Assembly (NCBI GenBank): GCA_004764695.1
Contig: SMSO01000033.1
Location: forward strand, 744,001-808,000
Direction: 5' to 3'
DNA length: 64,000 nucleotides
From: Schizochytrium sp. TIO01
Lineage: Eukaryota; Protista; Bigyra: Labyrinthulomycetes
The notes below the pieces were generated by a model. The model did no database searches. It was not told the origin of the DNA and saw only the letters and a list, made by a program, of their open reading frames with translations. Every line of letters begins with the position of its first letter. Position 1 is the stretch's first letter. Position numbers and translations under genes: made by a program. Shown piece after piece: positions 34,081 to 45,759 of the stretch.

Positions 34081-34955
34081 CATGTGCTGCTAATCCACAA
34101 GCTGCTCGTTGCGGTACTCCAATCGCCTGTGGACCCACCCACGCATATCCGCGCATCCATGCATCCATTCACTCTTCCACTCTTCATCGGTTCGCCGTGG
34201 CTCCGCAGAACCAACTCGCGTTTGCAGCACAAGTGAAGGCGAGCAATGCTCTGCGTGCTCGTAGTACCTGCCCGCTGGCAGGCGACTTCTCGACTTCGAC
34301 TTCGACTTGGAGACCTCTCTATGTTTCAGGATACGCGCTGACCACCGCGGGTTTCGTCGACTCTCGTGTAAGCTCGTCGCACTCGATCTGCTCGCCGGTT
34401 GTCTGGCGGTCAGCAAGTAGGTAGGCAGCTTCCACTCGGCGAGCAGATGGAGTAGAGGAATTCGCCGTCGGGATGGATGGATGGATCGAAGGATCGAAGG
34501 ATCGATTTATCTCTCGTCACAGCGGTGCTTGTTTGCGTCTTTGCTCTGGCGTGGAGATCTCATTCACTCCTGCGGTGTTCAAGCTCCTTCTGAATGGTTC
34601 GCTCACGAGGAGGGTTACACGTAAGCCCTGCAGACCAAGCTTTCTTTCGCTCAGCTTCTTGGAAATTCATGCTCCCAGTCTCAGACAGCAGTACTACTTC
34701 GTGCCAAACTGCTTCGGACGGGGTCGCCGCTCAGCTGACTTCAATCTGCTATCGCGATGGATCGTTTTATGCATTTGCCATTCCTGGAAAACTCGGGCTT
34801 TGCGGTTTTCTTCGCTGACCGTATGTTGCGCTTCCATCGCCAAATTGACTTTTGGGGTCCATGAAACTTTAATTTTCTCTTTTCCTCTTTCAATTTAATT
34901 TAATTTAATTTAATAATATGTTAATTTTTAATTATGTAATTTAAAATAAAAAAAA

Positions 34956-35009
34956 AAGTGTAAACTTAACGAAGAGTAATGAAGTGTAAACTTGACGAAG
35001 AGTAATGAA
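34956..35009. repeat. 26-bp tandem duplication
   Basis: AAGTGTAAACTT(A/G)ACGAAGAGTAATG twice. Confidence 0.85.
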
Positions 35010-37453
35010 AACAAAAATATAGTAAGTCGTAGGCGTATGTGTAGATTATTTGTGATGCTGATATTTCCTAGATACATTATCTTTCGGTAAGAGAGTATTT
35101 TAATTAAAATTAGACACAATTTACTTTGCTTTGCCAAGATGAAATAATAATAAAAATGAAGAGTTTTAATTGGCTGAGGAAAATGAAATCACACAAAGAA
35201 TAAGGAGTAAATGAAAACTTTGTAGGCCTACTAAGAAAATGTTTTCTATCCTTGTTTGTTGATTTGTTTTGTTAACTTACTAAGATCATGTTATATGATC
35301 GCGTAACTTTCAAAGCAACTTCAAGTTGAAATAAATGCCAAATCAAGTAAGGCTCCTTTCGGCGAGAGATAACAGATTTTCCAACCTTAGACAAGAAGAT
35401 ATGCTTTCAACATTGGCTCCCATTGCTGATAGTTCTGGAATTGAAAAACGGTGCACCTTTCGAAACTATGGCAAGTTCTCATAATGGCTACAGTATGTAG
35501 GGTAGAGCTCACAATCGTTTCGTCGTTGTGCAAGTTGAAACTGGGTTCAACATACAAACCTGATTCTAAGTTAAAATAGCAAGATAAAGCCAAAGCATCT
35601 TTTTAACCCCTGCCTTTACGTGGTTCATAAGTACTACTGCCTACCTAACTAAAACCCAAGATGTCTTTTCTTTTTCTTGAAAGATTACACCTAAGCAAAA
35701 ACGGCTAATACCTAGTTGGCAGGTAGTTGACCACGAAAAAAAAAGGGGGGGGAAAGAGAGAAGATGAAGTGGAGAGCAAAGCGACACTATAACTTTGTCA
35801 CCCTTCCCACCTCCTAACCAAGTCACGATCGCAACAAAGACGGATTATCTCACTCTCACTAGTCATAGACCTCGATCCTTTTGCTTGTTTTATAAAAAAT
35901 CAAGCAAATATGACAGGTCAGTATCCAGGCTGGTGCCTGTGCATGAAAGACGCAAGTGTCAGCTTTAAAAGAAATTGCTCTCTTGTTCCTGAATAGTAAT
36001 TAGAAATGTCAATTTGCAAGACAAATTATGCATCTCAAGCTATATATCCTGTCGATCCCTGTGAGCATTGAAGCAGTGTAGAACCTAGAACGGAAGGTTC
36101 TAAAATTAAGTGTTTCCACACGCCCATGTCAATCAGCAGGGCCTAGCAAGTAATGGCGCACGGCAATGCAATTCGGAGCGATATCGGTGCCCAGATGAAT
36201 TTGCATTCATAAGAGTCAAGTTTGGAATTAAATATATGAAAGTCATCTCCTGTCAACCATAACACTCCGCTTTTAGACCATAGACTTATAAGGTGCATCC
36301 AGCAGAAGCTCAGTGGTGTCCGTAGTTTCGAAAATTTCAGCGATTGAATGACATGATACGGAATTTTGTCCATATTTTGTATCGATTTTTCTTTTCAGGA
36401 GTCGATTGAGAAGATAAACCTCAACTGTCGCTTTCTTATATTTGAGGCCGTGGAAGTTTTTCTGTATAGTATATTAAAAAACCTTCACGCTCAAACTTTT
36501 GTTTGTTCTTTATGAAAGGAATGAATTATAGACAGTATATTTTGCTTTGACTAGGCCTCAATACCCCTCCTTCATCCAGAATTTCAGATTTGTGAGAATT
36601 TTAAATGGGTCGGTACGACACTCAATGTTTCCAATTTCACTATTAGTCAATGGCGTTCGGGTTGAGAATTCCCTTTTGCTTGAGTTTAAAGCATTTCTAG
36701 CGCATGGGTCACGCTCTTATGAGAAGTCAAAGTTGTTCGGTCCCTTTTGAACAATGAGTCGAACAACTTCGAAGGCCCCTTTTAAACAATGAATCAATTT
36801 AATGCAACAGATATCCCATTTGGTAAATACGAGCTTTTACAATCTCACAGCGGACAATCAGAAGTTATGTAACAACCAAACCTAAATAGGGAATCGCACA
36901 ATCGAAGTGCTACTTTAACACAAAGGCCATGACAAAGGTTATCAAAAAACAAGTAATAGGCAGAGTTCAATGTAACAACTGATACCCATGACCTTTTTCT
37001 AAGCGCTTTATTACTCTTTGTCGATACTGGAAATTGTAATTTATCCTTTTATCACCCCATATGTAGGTATAGCCAATATCAAAATTATACCAAACAAGCG
37101 CATTTGATGTAGTAATAGATAGGTCTAAGATCGGCTCCAGATCTGCTTAATATCAGTTGTAAAAGTGTGAATGGACTATATTAAATACAGTTAAAGAGCC
37201 GTGCAAATCAGCTTTAGAACTCAGATGACAAAATGATAACATTCCAGGAACAGGCATTCAAGTATAATTCTTAGAATATATCTACTCATTATTTAAACAA
37301 TTTGGCTTTCTATTTTTATTATTAAGATACCTTGTGATGTATAAGTTTTATCTCGACAATTCCAGGGATCAGAAGAACCCAGCAAGCTCTAACCTTAACG
37401 CTGTCCCTCACCTTAGTTTAGGATCCGTACCATTTGCATTGAAGAGTAAATTA

Positions 37454-40204
37454 TTACTCAAACAACGCTGGTGATGTGTCTTTCAATCGCTGTTGATGAG
37501 ATACTGCCAACAAATCTGATACAGACTCACCGGTAATTGAAGTTGCAATCAGCAACGAAGAGTGCTCAACGCGAGCAATCGGATTCACGTTTTCTTTGAT
37601 AAGAGTGTCAAGAATGGTCGAATCAAAACAATGCGTGCTCGCGATCACGATATGTAACTGTGTTTGGATCAACGGAAGCTCCCCAGATCGTGAAATTGCA
37701 TCTAGAAGGTCCATGGCCATGTTCTTTTTGTTGCGCAGGTCATCGGCGGACAAGCGCACAGTACTCTTCGATCGGGTCATCCAAGGGGAGTCGTAAGACT
37801 CAAGAGTGACAGTGTCTCCTACTTTGATTTTTGTAGGACGAAGTTGAGCCTTTGTGTCGAGAGCTTCAAACTTGGCATCCATAAGCGACGGGAGTTGCGT
37901 GTAGTCAATGTTAGCTGACTCTGCATTGACCTGCTCGGAGCCTCCTGATAGATCCATAGCTCGTGATTCATTGGGTATATTGTTTGGCGGCTGTTCATGT
38001 GGCATAAACAGAGATGAAGGAGGTGGCTGAATGCGTGCACTTGACTGCTCCATTGACAACATACCCGGAGGAGCCGCCATCGCGCACGTGATTGGATGAA
38101 GCTGTCTCAGTGCCATTTCGCGGTCACCTTTCCAATCTTCGTTTGACTTCGAAAAACACATCTCAACCACCTCCTCCACCTCCTCCACCTCCTCCACATC
38201 AGACTCCAAATAAACACTCCACTCTGTGGGTCCTTGATAACTTAGAAAACGGTCCTTATAGCGATCCACCTCTTCTTCTACTTTCTTTTGCCTACTCTCA
38301 CTCATCATGTTGAGCAACGCTTCAACATGGCCTTTCACTGCTGCAATCTTATCTCCCGAACTTGCATCGGCGGCACCATCAAACGTCACCATATCACACG
38401 GAATCTGATAATCAATGAACAGCTTCATAAGGTTCTGAGTAAGCTCAATCTGCTTCGTGAGCGATCCAGGGTCAAGCTTGAGCAACAGCTCCAGCTGAGG
38501 TTTGATCTCCACAACTGCGACAGCAAAAAGAGTGCCTGCGAGCTGCATCTGCCGCATGGCTTTGGCAAACTCCTGCTGCTCGGGCGACAAACTCTCAATG
38601 GAGTCTCGGAATTTCTTCGCAGAGGGCAACGGCTCCAGAAGCAGAGGAATGATAGCGCAGTCCTTATTCTGAAGCACGATAGCATGCTTCGGAGCGAACT
38701 CATCTTTTGCAGCGATTGTGCCAATCATCACAACGAAACTACTGAATTGCCGAGTTCGAGCAATCAAATTCACCTCCGAATTTGCCGAATCACTGAAACG
38801 GTGCGTCATATACCCATGACAGAATTGTGGGCCTTGCAGCTCTACGGTGGTCGAGGTCCCCATTTTAAAGTGCATAGGAACGCTTGGGTACTCCTCATCG
38901 TTTGGCCTTCGTACTTGCACACAAGTTGCTATCTCCCCGCCGTCGACCTTATTAGGCAGTGCAATGGACAGGGAGCCTTCCGGAGCAAACCCGTGTCGCT
39001 TCACATCATAGCTAAATGGACGAAACACATTTCTCGAAAACAAACGCCTATAGTGAAATTGCATATACTCATCCATCTGATCTGGCGTGACCTCCTTGCC
39101 AATTGCATCAATCAGCTGTTTGCGAAGCAATTGCTCAACGTAGTCACAAGACCTAGAGACAGTCATGCAAATATCGTACATGTGCAGCATCAGTTTGCAA
39201 ACAGATGCTTCGAGAGTCGTGATCAAACCTGCAGACTCTCCACCATCTGGCAATGGAAGCAGACTGCGGATATTGTTGAGCCACTTGTCAATGTCAGCCT
39301 TGTGTTCATTCTGAAAAATGGTTTCTGTGTCCGAATCGAGCACATTGCCTGAAGCTCCGCCATCATTCGTTTGCAGAACAGGAAGTACGGGGACGAAAAT
39401 ATCAGAAGCATCGTTGAAGCTAGACGTATTCAGGTTATCAACGTAAGCAAACAGCTGTTCAAGATGGTGTTGTACGTCAGTGCACCAGCGCGAAACATTG
39501 ATGAGAGCATCCAATAGAACGTCAACGTTCTGATTACGACGCGGTGTGTGGCATGACGAGTTCGTCCGATCGATTGCAAAGGTGAAGTTGGTCTCCTTGT
39601 TTGCGTGTGCGAAGAGCTCAGTAATGTTGACACTAAGCTCAGGAAACAAGTGTGTTTCCGGCTCAGGAGGGAGTTTCTCTTTCCCAGTTGTAGTAACCTC
39701 ACAACTACCCGTGCGTTCTACAAGAACTACACTTGCATTCTGCTCAGGCCCGGCACCTTGAAACATGATGATGCGAAAGGAGTGCTGTAGCTTCCATTTG
39801 TGTTTGAAGACAGTCTTGGATGCTTTTGAGGTGCTATTGACCCCGAGAAAGGTAGTAGAATGCTCTAAGCCCACATCTTCTTTTGTTTCTTCAGTCTTGA
39901 TGAAGTTGCATTTGCGCGACGCTTGAAGACGGAGGCTAACGGCTTTGCCATTTGACACAAGCTCTTGAGCATTGCGAATAGAAGCGTTGTCCAGCCCAAG
40001 TGCCCGAAGAGACGTAAGCAGAGCTTGCAGACCGTTGTTAACGGCATGCTCTACTAAGAGAAACTTATCATTATAAGCATGCGAAGTTCCTGATACCGTC
40101 ACAGGTACTTTCGATTTCTCCAGTACGAGCTTGGCGCGCTCTACTCCGCGTTGCAGATTGCGCTCAAACCCCAAGGGGCTAAACGACGAATGCGCCCTGT
40201 ACAT
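37454..40204 (-). CDS. Gene A copy 1: 916 aa protein of unknown function with variable cassette
   Basis: Intact ORF, near-identical to copies 2 and 3 outside aa ~649-742. Confidence 0.88.
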   Translation of the reverse strand: MYRAHSSFSPLGFERNLQRGVERAKLVLEKSKVPVTVSGTSHAYNDKFLLVEHAVNNGLQALLTSLRALGLDNASIRNAQELVSNGKAVSLRLQASRKCNFIKTEETKEDVGLEHSTTFLGVNSTSKASKTVFKHKWKLQHSFRIIMFQGAGPEQNASVVLVERTGSCEVTTTGKEKLPPEPETHLFPELSVNITELFAHANKETNFTFAIDRTNSSCHTPRRNQNVDVLLDALINVSRWCTDVQHHLEQLFAYVDNLNTSSFNDASDIFVPVLPVLQTNDGGASGNVLDSDTETIFQNEHKADIDKWLNNIRSLLPLPDGGESAGLITTLEASVCKLMLHMYDICMTVSRSCDYVEQLLRKQLIDAIGKEVTPDQMDEYMQFHYRRLFSRNVFRPFSYDVKRHGFAPEGSLSIALPNKVDGGEIATCVQVRRPNDEEYPSVPMHFKMGTSTTVELQGPQFCHGYMTHRFSDSANSEVNLIARTRQFSSFVVMIGTIAAKDEFAPKHAIVLQNKDCAIIPLLLEPLPSAKKFRDSIESLSPEQQEFAKAMRQMQLAGTLFAVAVVEIKPQLELLLKLDPGSLTKQIELTQNLMKLFIDYQIPCDMVTFDGAADASSGDKIAAVKGHVEALLNMMSESRQKKVEEEVDRYKDRFLSYQGPTEWSVYLESDVEEVEEVEEVVEMCFSKSNEDWKGDREMALRQLHPITCAMAAPPGMLSMEQSSARIQPPPSSLFMPHEQPPNNIPNESRAMDLSGGSEQVNAESANIDYTQLPSLMDAKFEALDTKAQLRPTKIKVGDTVTLESYDSPWMTRSKSTVRLSADDLRNKKNMAMDLLDAISRSGELPLIQTQLHIVIASTHCFDSTILDTLIKENVNPIARVEHSSLLIATSITGESVSDLLAVSHQQRLKDTSPALFE

Positions 40205-40684
40205 TATGTTATTTATGCGTTCCTATGACTTTCAGATGGGCCCTGGATTCACTGCGTCTCACTCTCTCCAGTTCTCATTCGGTATTTACAACCAGAGGGT
40301 TCTCACCCTTCCGCCAGTGCTGAGTCCAACACGTGCAGTCCACAAGTACTAAACCAGGCGTTGTTATCGCTGATACTGCTTCTTCTGTGCTGCTGCCGTA
40401 TCTTTGTCTCTCAAAAGCTCTGTTCCAGATCGATTCGGATTTGCTGCTGCTCCACAGATCCTTTCTCTTCCCTGGAGGTACCCTTTTACATATTCTGTAT
40501 GCAGTTCTACTGAGTCAGTTCTTCCACACAAGATTTTGCTTCTCTACGGTTTAGTGTTCAGCTAGTTCTTTCTGTAGAACTGTTATCCACCCAGTTCTAC
40601 TTGTTCCTATCGCAGCGAGGAACTGTGAGGGACACGGATCTGAAGCAGAACGTTCTTAGATCCATTTGTGAGATTGAGTTGAGA

Positions 40685-41760
40685 TCCTTCAAGTTGAGAG
40701 CACATGCGTTGTCTGACGTGGCTCTGAGTTACTGAGACGTACGTCGAGTAAAAACCGCGATGCCAGGCCACGTGAATGCCTCCTGCGCTGACTCCACCAA
40801 TAGGAAGGATTCACAACTCTCACGAGACTAATATCGCCTGTGTAGGACATCATCGATGTGGTATCAACATAAAAGCAAGGGATCCCAAAGCGCTCTGATT
40901 CGCTCCAAAATCTCTTAATTGAAAAGCTTTGCGAAGATTTATAGAGACGTATGTTCCTTTGTCACGATGCGAGTAGAGAAGAGCAGGAGGCGAGTGCGTG
41001 AGCTAATGTTTAAAAGCTAAGAACATACATCATCAACGTGAACATGCGTGGACTAATAGGCAGTTTGATCAATTGCAGAATCTGTGCTGTCTTTAGAGAA
41101 GTGCTGAATCCCAGTTCTATCTGTTAGGCGCTAGCAGTGCATACTCCAGGCCTATATAAATTACTAGATATAGCCTAGCACTGTCATTTAAAAAAGTTAT
41201 AATGAAATGAATTGTACCAACAATTTCGTTGCCAGCTTTGAGAGATTGGATAACATTGGATCTCGGGAGCGCTCAATTCAATCAGACAGGAGTGCCAGGT
41301 TCGACCGCACGACCACGTCGCCACCGCGGTTAGGCATTCGAAAGGTTGGCTTCTTTGTGGACGATGTCTTGGCGAGTATAAAAGCGCCTGTCTCAAAGTT
41401 GACCTCACTGTAGGCAAAGCAGCGATCATCGAAAGGGAGTTCGTTCGAACTCACTCAACTTAAAGCTCTCGCAGCCTACTTCAACTCGAACCAGCGATGT
41501 GCTACCACAGTAGACCTCGCAACGCCTCTGTGCGAGGCAGCTGAGGCAGATGACGAGGAACTAGAACGTGCCTTGAAAATACCCGGAGAGCGGGGACTCG
41601 GAGATGCACGGCCCAAATGGCGCCTTCACCCCGGTCGCCGAGTCCTTGGGCAGTGACAAAGGGACTTCGATGTGTCGCACGCCGTAGGGACATCGGCGAG
41701 AATGCGCTCTGTGGTGCTCGATCCCAAGATAAGCGGCGAAGAGACGTCATGACATCCATG
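40685..41760 (+). pseudogene. Relic C copy 1: decayed coding sequence of unknown family
   Basis: Stop- and frameshift-interrupted frames (MFLCHDASRE..IINVNMRG; ELTQLKALAAYFNS..CATTVDLA) homologous to 45760-46930(-) and 52800-54105(+). Confidence 0.55.
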
Positions 41761-42475
41761 AGACTTGGCTTACATCATACAAAGCGTGAGCATACGCTGT
41801 TGATTCATACAATTACAAAAATCGAGAGAAAAATTAATTGACTCCTGAGTGTAAAAAAGGAAAACTGAAAGATTGAGGAGGGAAAATCGAACGCCTCGTT
41901 TTCTTAGCAAGGAGGCTCCATAAAACAGAAACAGACGGTTGATCTGATTGGATAGTTGTGCTTCAATGAGGTTCAAAGAGCAGGCCCAGATTTAAGAATG
42001 ACGAAATGTCACCAAGAGTTCTGCGAACGTTCTGCTTCTGATCCGTGTCCCTCACAGTCCCTCGCTGCGATAGGAACAAGTAGAACTGGGTGGATACCAG
42101 TTCTAGAGAAAGAACTAGCTGAACACTAAACAGTAGAGAAGCAAAATCTTGTGTGGAAGAACTGACTCAGTAGAACTGCATACAGAATATGCAAAAGGGT
42201 ACCTCCAGGGAAGAGAAAGGATCTGCGGAGCAGCAGCAAATCCGAATCGATCTGGAGCAGAGCTTTTGAGAGACAAAGATACGGCACCAGCACAGAAGAA
42301 GCAGTATCAGCGATAACAGCGCCTGGTTTAGTACTTGTGGACTGCACGTGTTAGAATCAGCACTGGCGGGAGAGTGAGGAACCTCTGGTTGCAAATACCG
42401 ACTGAGAACTGGAGAGAGTGAGACGCAGTGAATCCAGGGCCCATCTGCAAGTCATAGGAACGCATAAATAACATA

Positions 42476-45196
42476 ATGTACAGGGCGCATCCGTCGTTTA
42501 GCCCCTTGGGGTTTGAGCGCAATCTGCAACGCGGAGTAGAGCGCGCCAAGCTCGTACTGGAGAAATCGAAAGTACCTGTGACGGTATCAGGAACTTCGCA
42601 TGCTTATAATGACAAGTTTCTCTTAGTAGAGCATGCCGTTAACAACGGTCTGCAAGCTCTGCTTACGTCTCTTCGGGCACTTGGGCTGGACAACGCTTCT
42701 ATTCGCAATGCTCAAGAGCTTGTGTCAAATGGCAAAGCCGTTAGCCTCCGTCTTCAAGCGTCGCGCAAATGCAACTTCATCAAGACTGAAGAAACAAAAG
42801 AAGATGTGGGCTTAGAGCATTCTACTACCTTTCTCGGAGTCAAGGCCATCTCAAAAGCATCCAAGACTGTCATCAAACACAAATGGAAGCTGCAGCACTC
42901 CTTTCGCATCATCATGTTTCAAGGTGCCGGGCCTGAGCAGAATGCAAGTGTAGTTCTTGTAGAACGCACGGGTAGTTGTGAGGTTACTACAACTGGGAAA
43001 GAGAAACTCCCTCCTGAGCCGGAAACACACTTGTTTCCTGAGCTTAGTGTCAACATTACTGAGCTCTTCGCACACGCAAACAAGGAGACCAACTTCACCT
43101 TTGCAATCGATCGGACGAACTCGTCATGCCACACACCGCGTCGTAATCAGAACGTTGACGTTCTATTGGATGCTCTCATCAATGTTTCGCGCTGGTGCAC
43201 TGACGTACAACACCATCTTGAACAGCTGTTTGCTTACGTTGATAACCTGAATACGTCTAGCTTCAACGATGCTTCTGATATTTTCGTCCCCGTACTTCCT
43301 GTTCTGCAAACGAATGATGGCGGAGCTTCAGGCAATGTGCTCGATTCGGACACAGAAACCATTTTTCAGAATGAACACAAGGCTGACATTGACAAGTGGC
43401 TCAACAATATCCGCAGTCTGCTTCCATTGCCAGATGGTGGAGAGTCTGCAGGTTTGATCACGACTCTCGAAGCATCTGTTTGCAAACTGATGCTGCACAT
43501 GTACGATATTTGCATGACTGTCTCTAGGTCTTGTGACTACGTTGAGCAATTGCTTCGCAAACAGCTGATTGATGCAATTGGCAAGGAGGTCACGCCAGAT
43601 CAGATGGATGAGTATATGCAATTTCACTATAGGCGTTTGTTTTCGAGAAATGTGTTTCGTCCATTTAGCTATGATGTGAAGCGACACGGGTTTGCTCCGG
43701 AAGGCTCCCTGTCCATTGCACTGCCTAATAAGGTCGACGGCGGGGAGATAGCAACTTGTGTGCAAGTACGAAGGCCAAACGATGAGGAGTACCCAAGCGT
43801 TCCTATGCACTTTAAAATGGGGACCTCGACCACCGTAGAGCTGCAAGGCCCACAATTCTGTCATGGGTATATGACGCACCGTTTCAGTGATTCGGCAAAT
43901 TCGGAGGTGAATTTGATTGCTCGAACTCGGCAATTCAGTAGTTTCGTTGTGATGATTGGCACAATCGTTGCAAAAGATGAGTTCGCTCCGAAGCATGCTA
44001 TCGTGCTTCAGAATAAGGACTGCGCTATCATTCCTCTGCTTCTGGAGCCGTTGCCCTCTGCGAAAGAATTCCGAGACTCCATTGAGAGCTTGTCGCCCGA
44101 GCAGCAAGAGTTTGCCAAAGCCATGCGGCAGATGCAGCTCGCAGGCACTCTTTTTGCTGTCGCAGTTGTGGAGATCAAACCTCAGCTGGAGCTGTTGCTC
44201 AAGCTTGACCCTGGATCGCTCACGAAGCAGATTGAGCTTACTCAGAACCTTATGAAGCTGTTCATTGATTATCAGATTCCGTGTGATATGGTGACGTTTG
44301 ATGGTGCCGCTGATGCAAGTTCGGGAGATAAGATTGCAGCAGTGAAAGGCCATGTTGAAGCGTTGCTCAATATGATGAGTGAGAGTAGGCAAAAGAAAGT
44401 AGAAGAAGAGGTGGATCGCTGTAATGATGATCTTCTTACTTTCTCACAAAGTATCATGGATGACTGTGATAAACGATCGGATTCCGGCATGGAGACTTTT
44501 GCAATGGCTTCGGGAAGGAATAACAATCGCAGATACAAGGCGAAGCGGGCTGTGACTAGGAATTTTGCTCCGGAATCCGCCCGCATGATGTCTGCTCCTG
44601 CGCCTATGCCTGTGGCAAAGGAACAAACTCTATCTCCACCTTCACGGCCTCAGCAGCAGCAGCAGAACGATATACCCAATGAACCAGGAGCTATGGATCT
44701 CTCAGGAGGCTTCGAGCAGGGTAATGTAGAGTCAACTAACATCGACTACACGCAACTCCCGTCGCTTATGGATGCCAAGTTTGAAGCTCTCGACACAAAG
44801 GCTCAACTTCGTCCTACAAAAATCAAAGTAGGAGACACTGTCACTCTTGAGTCTTACGACTCCCCTTGGATGACCCGATCAAAGAGTACTTTGCGCTTGT
44901 CCGCCGATGGCCTGCGCGACAAAAAGAACATGGCCATGGACCTTCTAGATGCAATTTCACGATCTGGGGAGCTTCCGTTGATCCAAACACAGTTACATAT
45001 CGTGATCGCGAGCACGCATTGTTTTGATTCGACCATTCTTGACACTCTTATCAAAGAAAACGTGAATCCGATTGCTCGCGTTGAGCACTCTTCGTTGCTG
45101 ATTGCAACTTCAATTACCGGTGAGTCTGTATCAGATTTGTTGGCAGTATCTCATCAACAGCGATTGAAAGACACATCACCAGCGTTGTTTGAGTAA
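42476..45196 (+). CDS. Gene A copy 2: 906 aa protein of unknown function with variable cassette
   Basis: Intact ORF, inverted relative to copies 1 and 3. Confidence 0.88.
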   Translation: MYRAHPSFSPLGFERNLQRGVERAKLVLEKSKVPVTVSGTSHAYNDKFLLVEHAVNNGLQALLTSLRALGLDNASIRNAQELVSNGKAVSLRLQASRKCNFIKTEETKEDVGLEHSTTFLGVKAISKASKTVIKHKWKLQHSFRIIMFQGAGPEQNASVVLVERTGSCEVTTTGKEKLPPEPETHLFPELSVNITELFAHANKETNFTFAIDRTNSSCHTPRRNQNVDVLLDALINVSRWCTDVQHHLEQLFAYVDNLNTSSFNDASDIFVPVLPVLQTNDGGASGNVLDSDTETIFQNEHKADIDKWLNNIRSLLPLPDGGESAGLITTLEASVCKLMLHMYDICMTVSRSCDYVEQLLRKQLIDAIGKEVTPDQMDEYMQFHYRRLFSRNVFRPFSYDVKRHGFAPEGSLSIALPNKVDGGEIATCVQVRRPNDEEYPSVPMHFKMGTSTTVELQGPQFCHGYMTHRFSDSANSEVNLIARTRQFSSFVVMIGTIVAKDEFAPKHAIVLQNKDCAIIPLLLEPLPSAKEFRDSIESLSPEQQEFAKAMRQMQLAGTLFAVAVVEIKPQLELLLKLDPGSLTKQIELTQNLMKLFIDYQIPCDMVTFDGAADASSGDKIAAVKGHVEALLNMMSESRQKKVEEEVDRCNDDLLTFSQSIMDDCDKRSDSGMETFAMASGRNNNRRYKAKRAVTRNFAPESARMMSAPAPMPVAKEQTLSPPSRPQQQQQNDIPNEPGAMDLSGGFEQGNVESTNIDYTQLPSLMDAKFEALDTKAQLRPTKIKVGDTVTLESYDSPWMTRSKSTLRLSADGLRDKKNMAMDLLDAISRSGELPLIQTQLHIVIASTHCFDSTILDTLIKENVNPIARVEHSSLLIATSITGESVSDLLAVSHQQRLKDTSPALFE

Positions 45197-45509
45197 TAAT
45201 TTACTCTTCAATGCAAATGACACGGATCCCAAACTAAGTTGAGGGACAGCGTTAATGCTAAAGCCTGCTGGGTTCTTCTGATTCCTTCAATTGTCGAGAT
45301 AAAACTTATACATCACAAGGTAGCTTACTAATAAAAATAGAAATAAAATGAAGAATCGATTTTTCAAATAATGAGTTGAAATATGCTATAAATTACCATG
45401 AGATAAGGAATCAGAACAGAAACTTTTGTTAGGTCTATGAAGAAACAAAGAAATGAAACTTAAGATGGCATCGAGAATAAGAATAGTGATGTTGCCTTCT
45501 TCGACCTTA

Positions 45510-45740
45510 CTACTCGAGCACTAAGGGTACATTTGTTGAGATAGATGCAAGCAACAACACAAACTCGCGTTCGTAGCTCACCAGTAACTCACTTGGAACC
45601 CCATGAGGGCGTACAAGAGGGTCAATAGCATTCCGCATGCGTTGAACACGTGCATCTTTGTCAACATGAAGCATCTCAAAACCTTTGGTTCTCTGCCAAC
45701 AAGGTGAAAACATGCACGACCTAGCTCATTAGAACCCCCG
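45510..45740 (-). pseudogene. 3'-terminal fragment of gene B (frameshifted)
   Basis: GSNELGRAC...GREPK...LLASISTNVP matches the gene B C-terminus but is split across two frames and fused upstream to relic C. Confidence 0.8.
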
Positions 45741-45759
45741 AGTATTTCGCTGTGTTTGA

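Larger units (their letters stand above)
37285..45375. repeat. ~8 kb palindrome: inverted arms ~37285-40655 and ~42025-45375 around a ~1.37 kb spacer
   Basis: Each arm holds gene A plus ~450 bp upstream and ~170 bp downstream; arm homology stops at GAACGTTC (40648-40655 / 42025-42032). Confidence 0.9.

Noticed and set aside
38288-39352. 354 aa antisense ORF, repeated at 43328-44392 and 50408-51472
   Set aside because: Shadow frame of gene A; it recurs only because the DNA is near-identical, and the composition is not protein-like.
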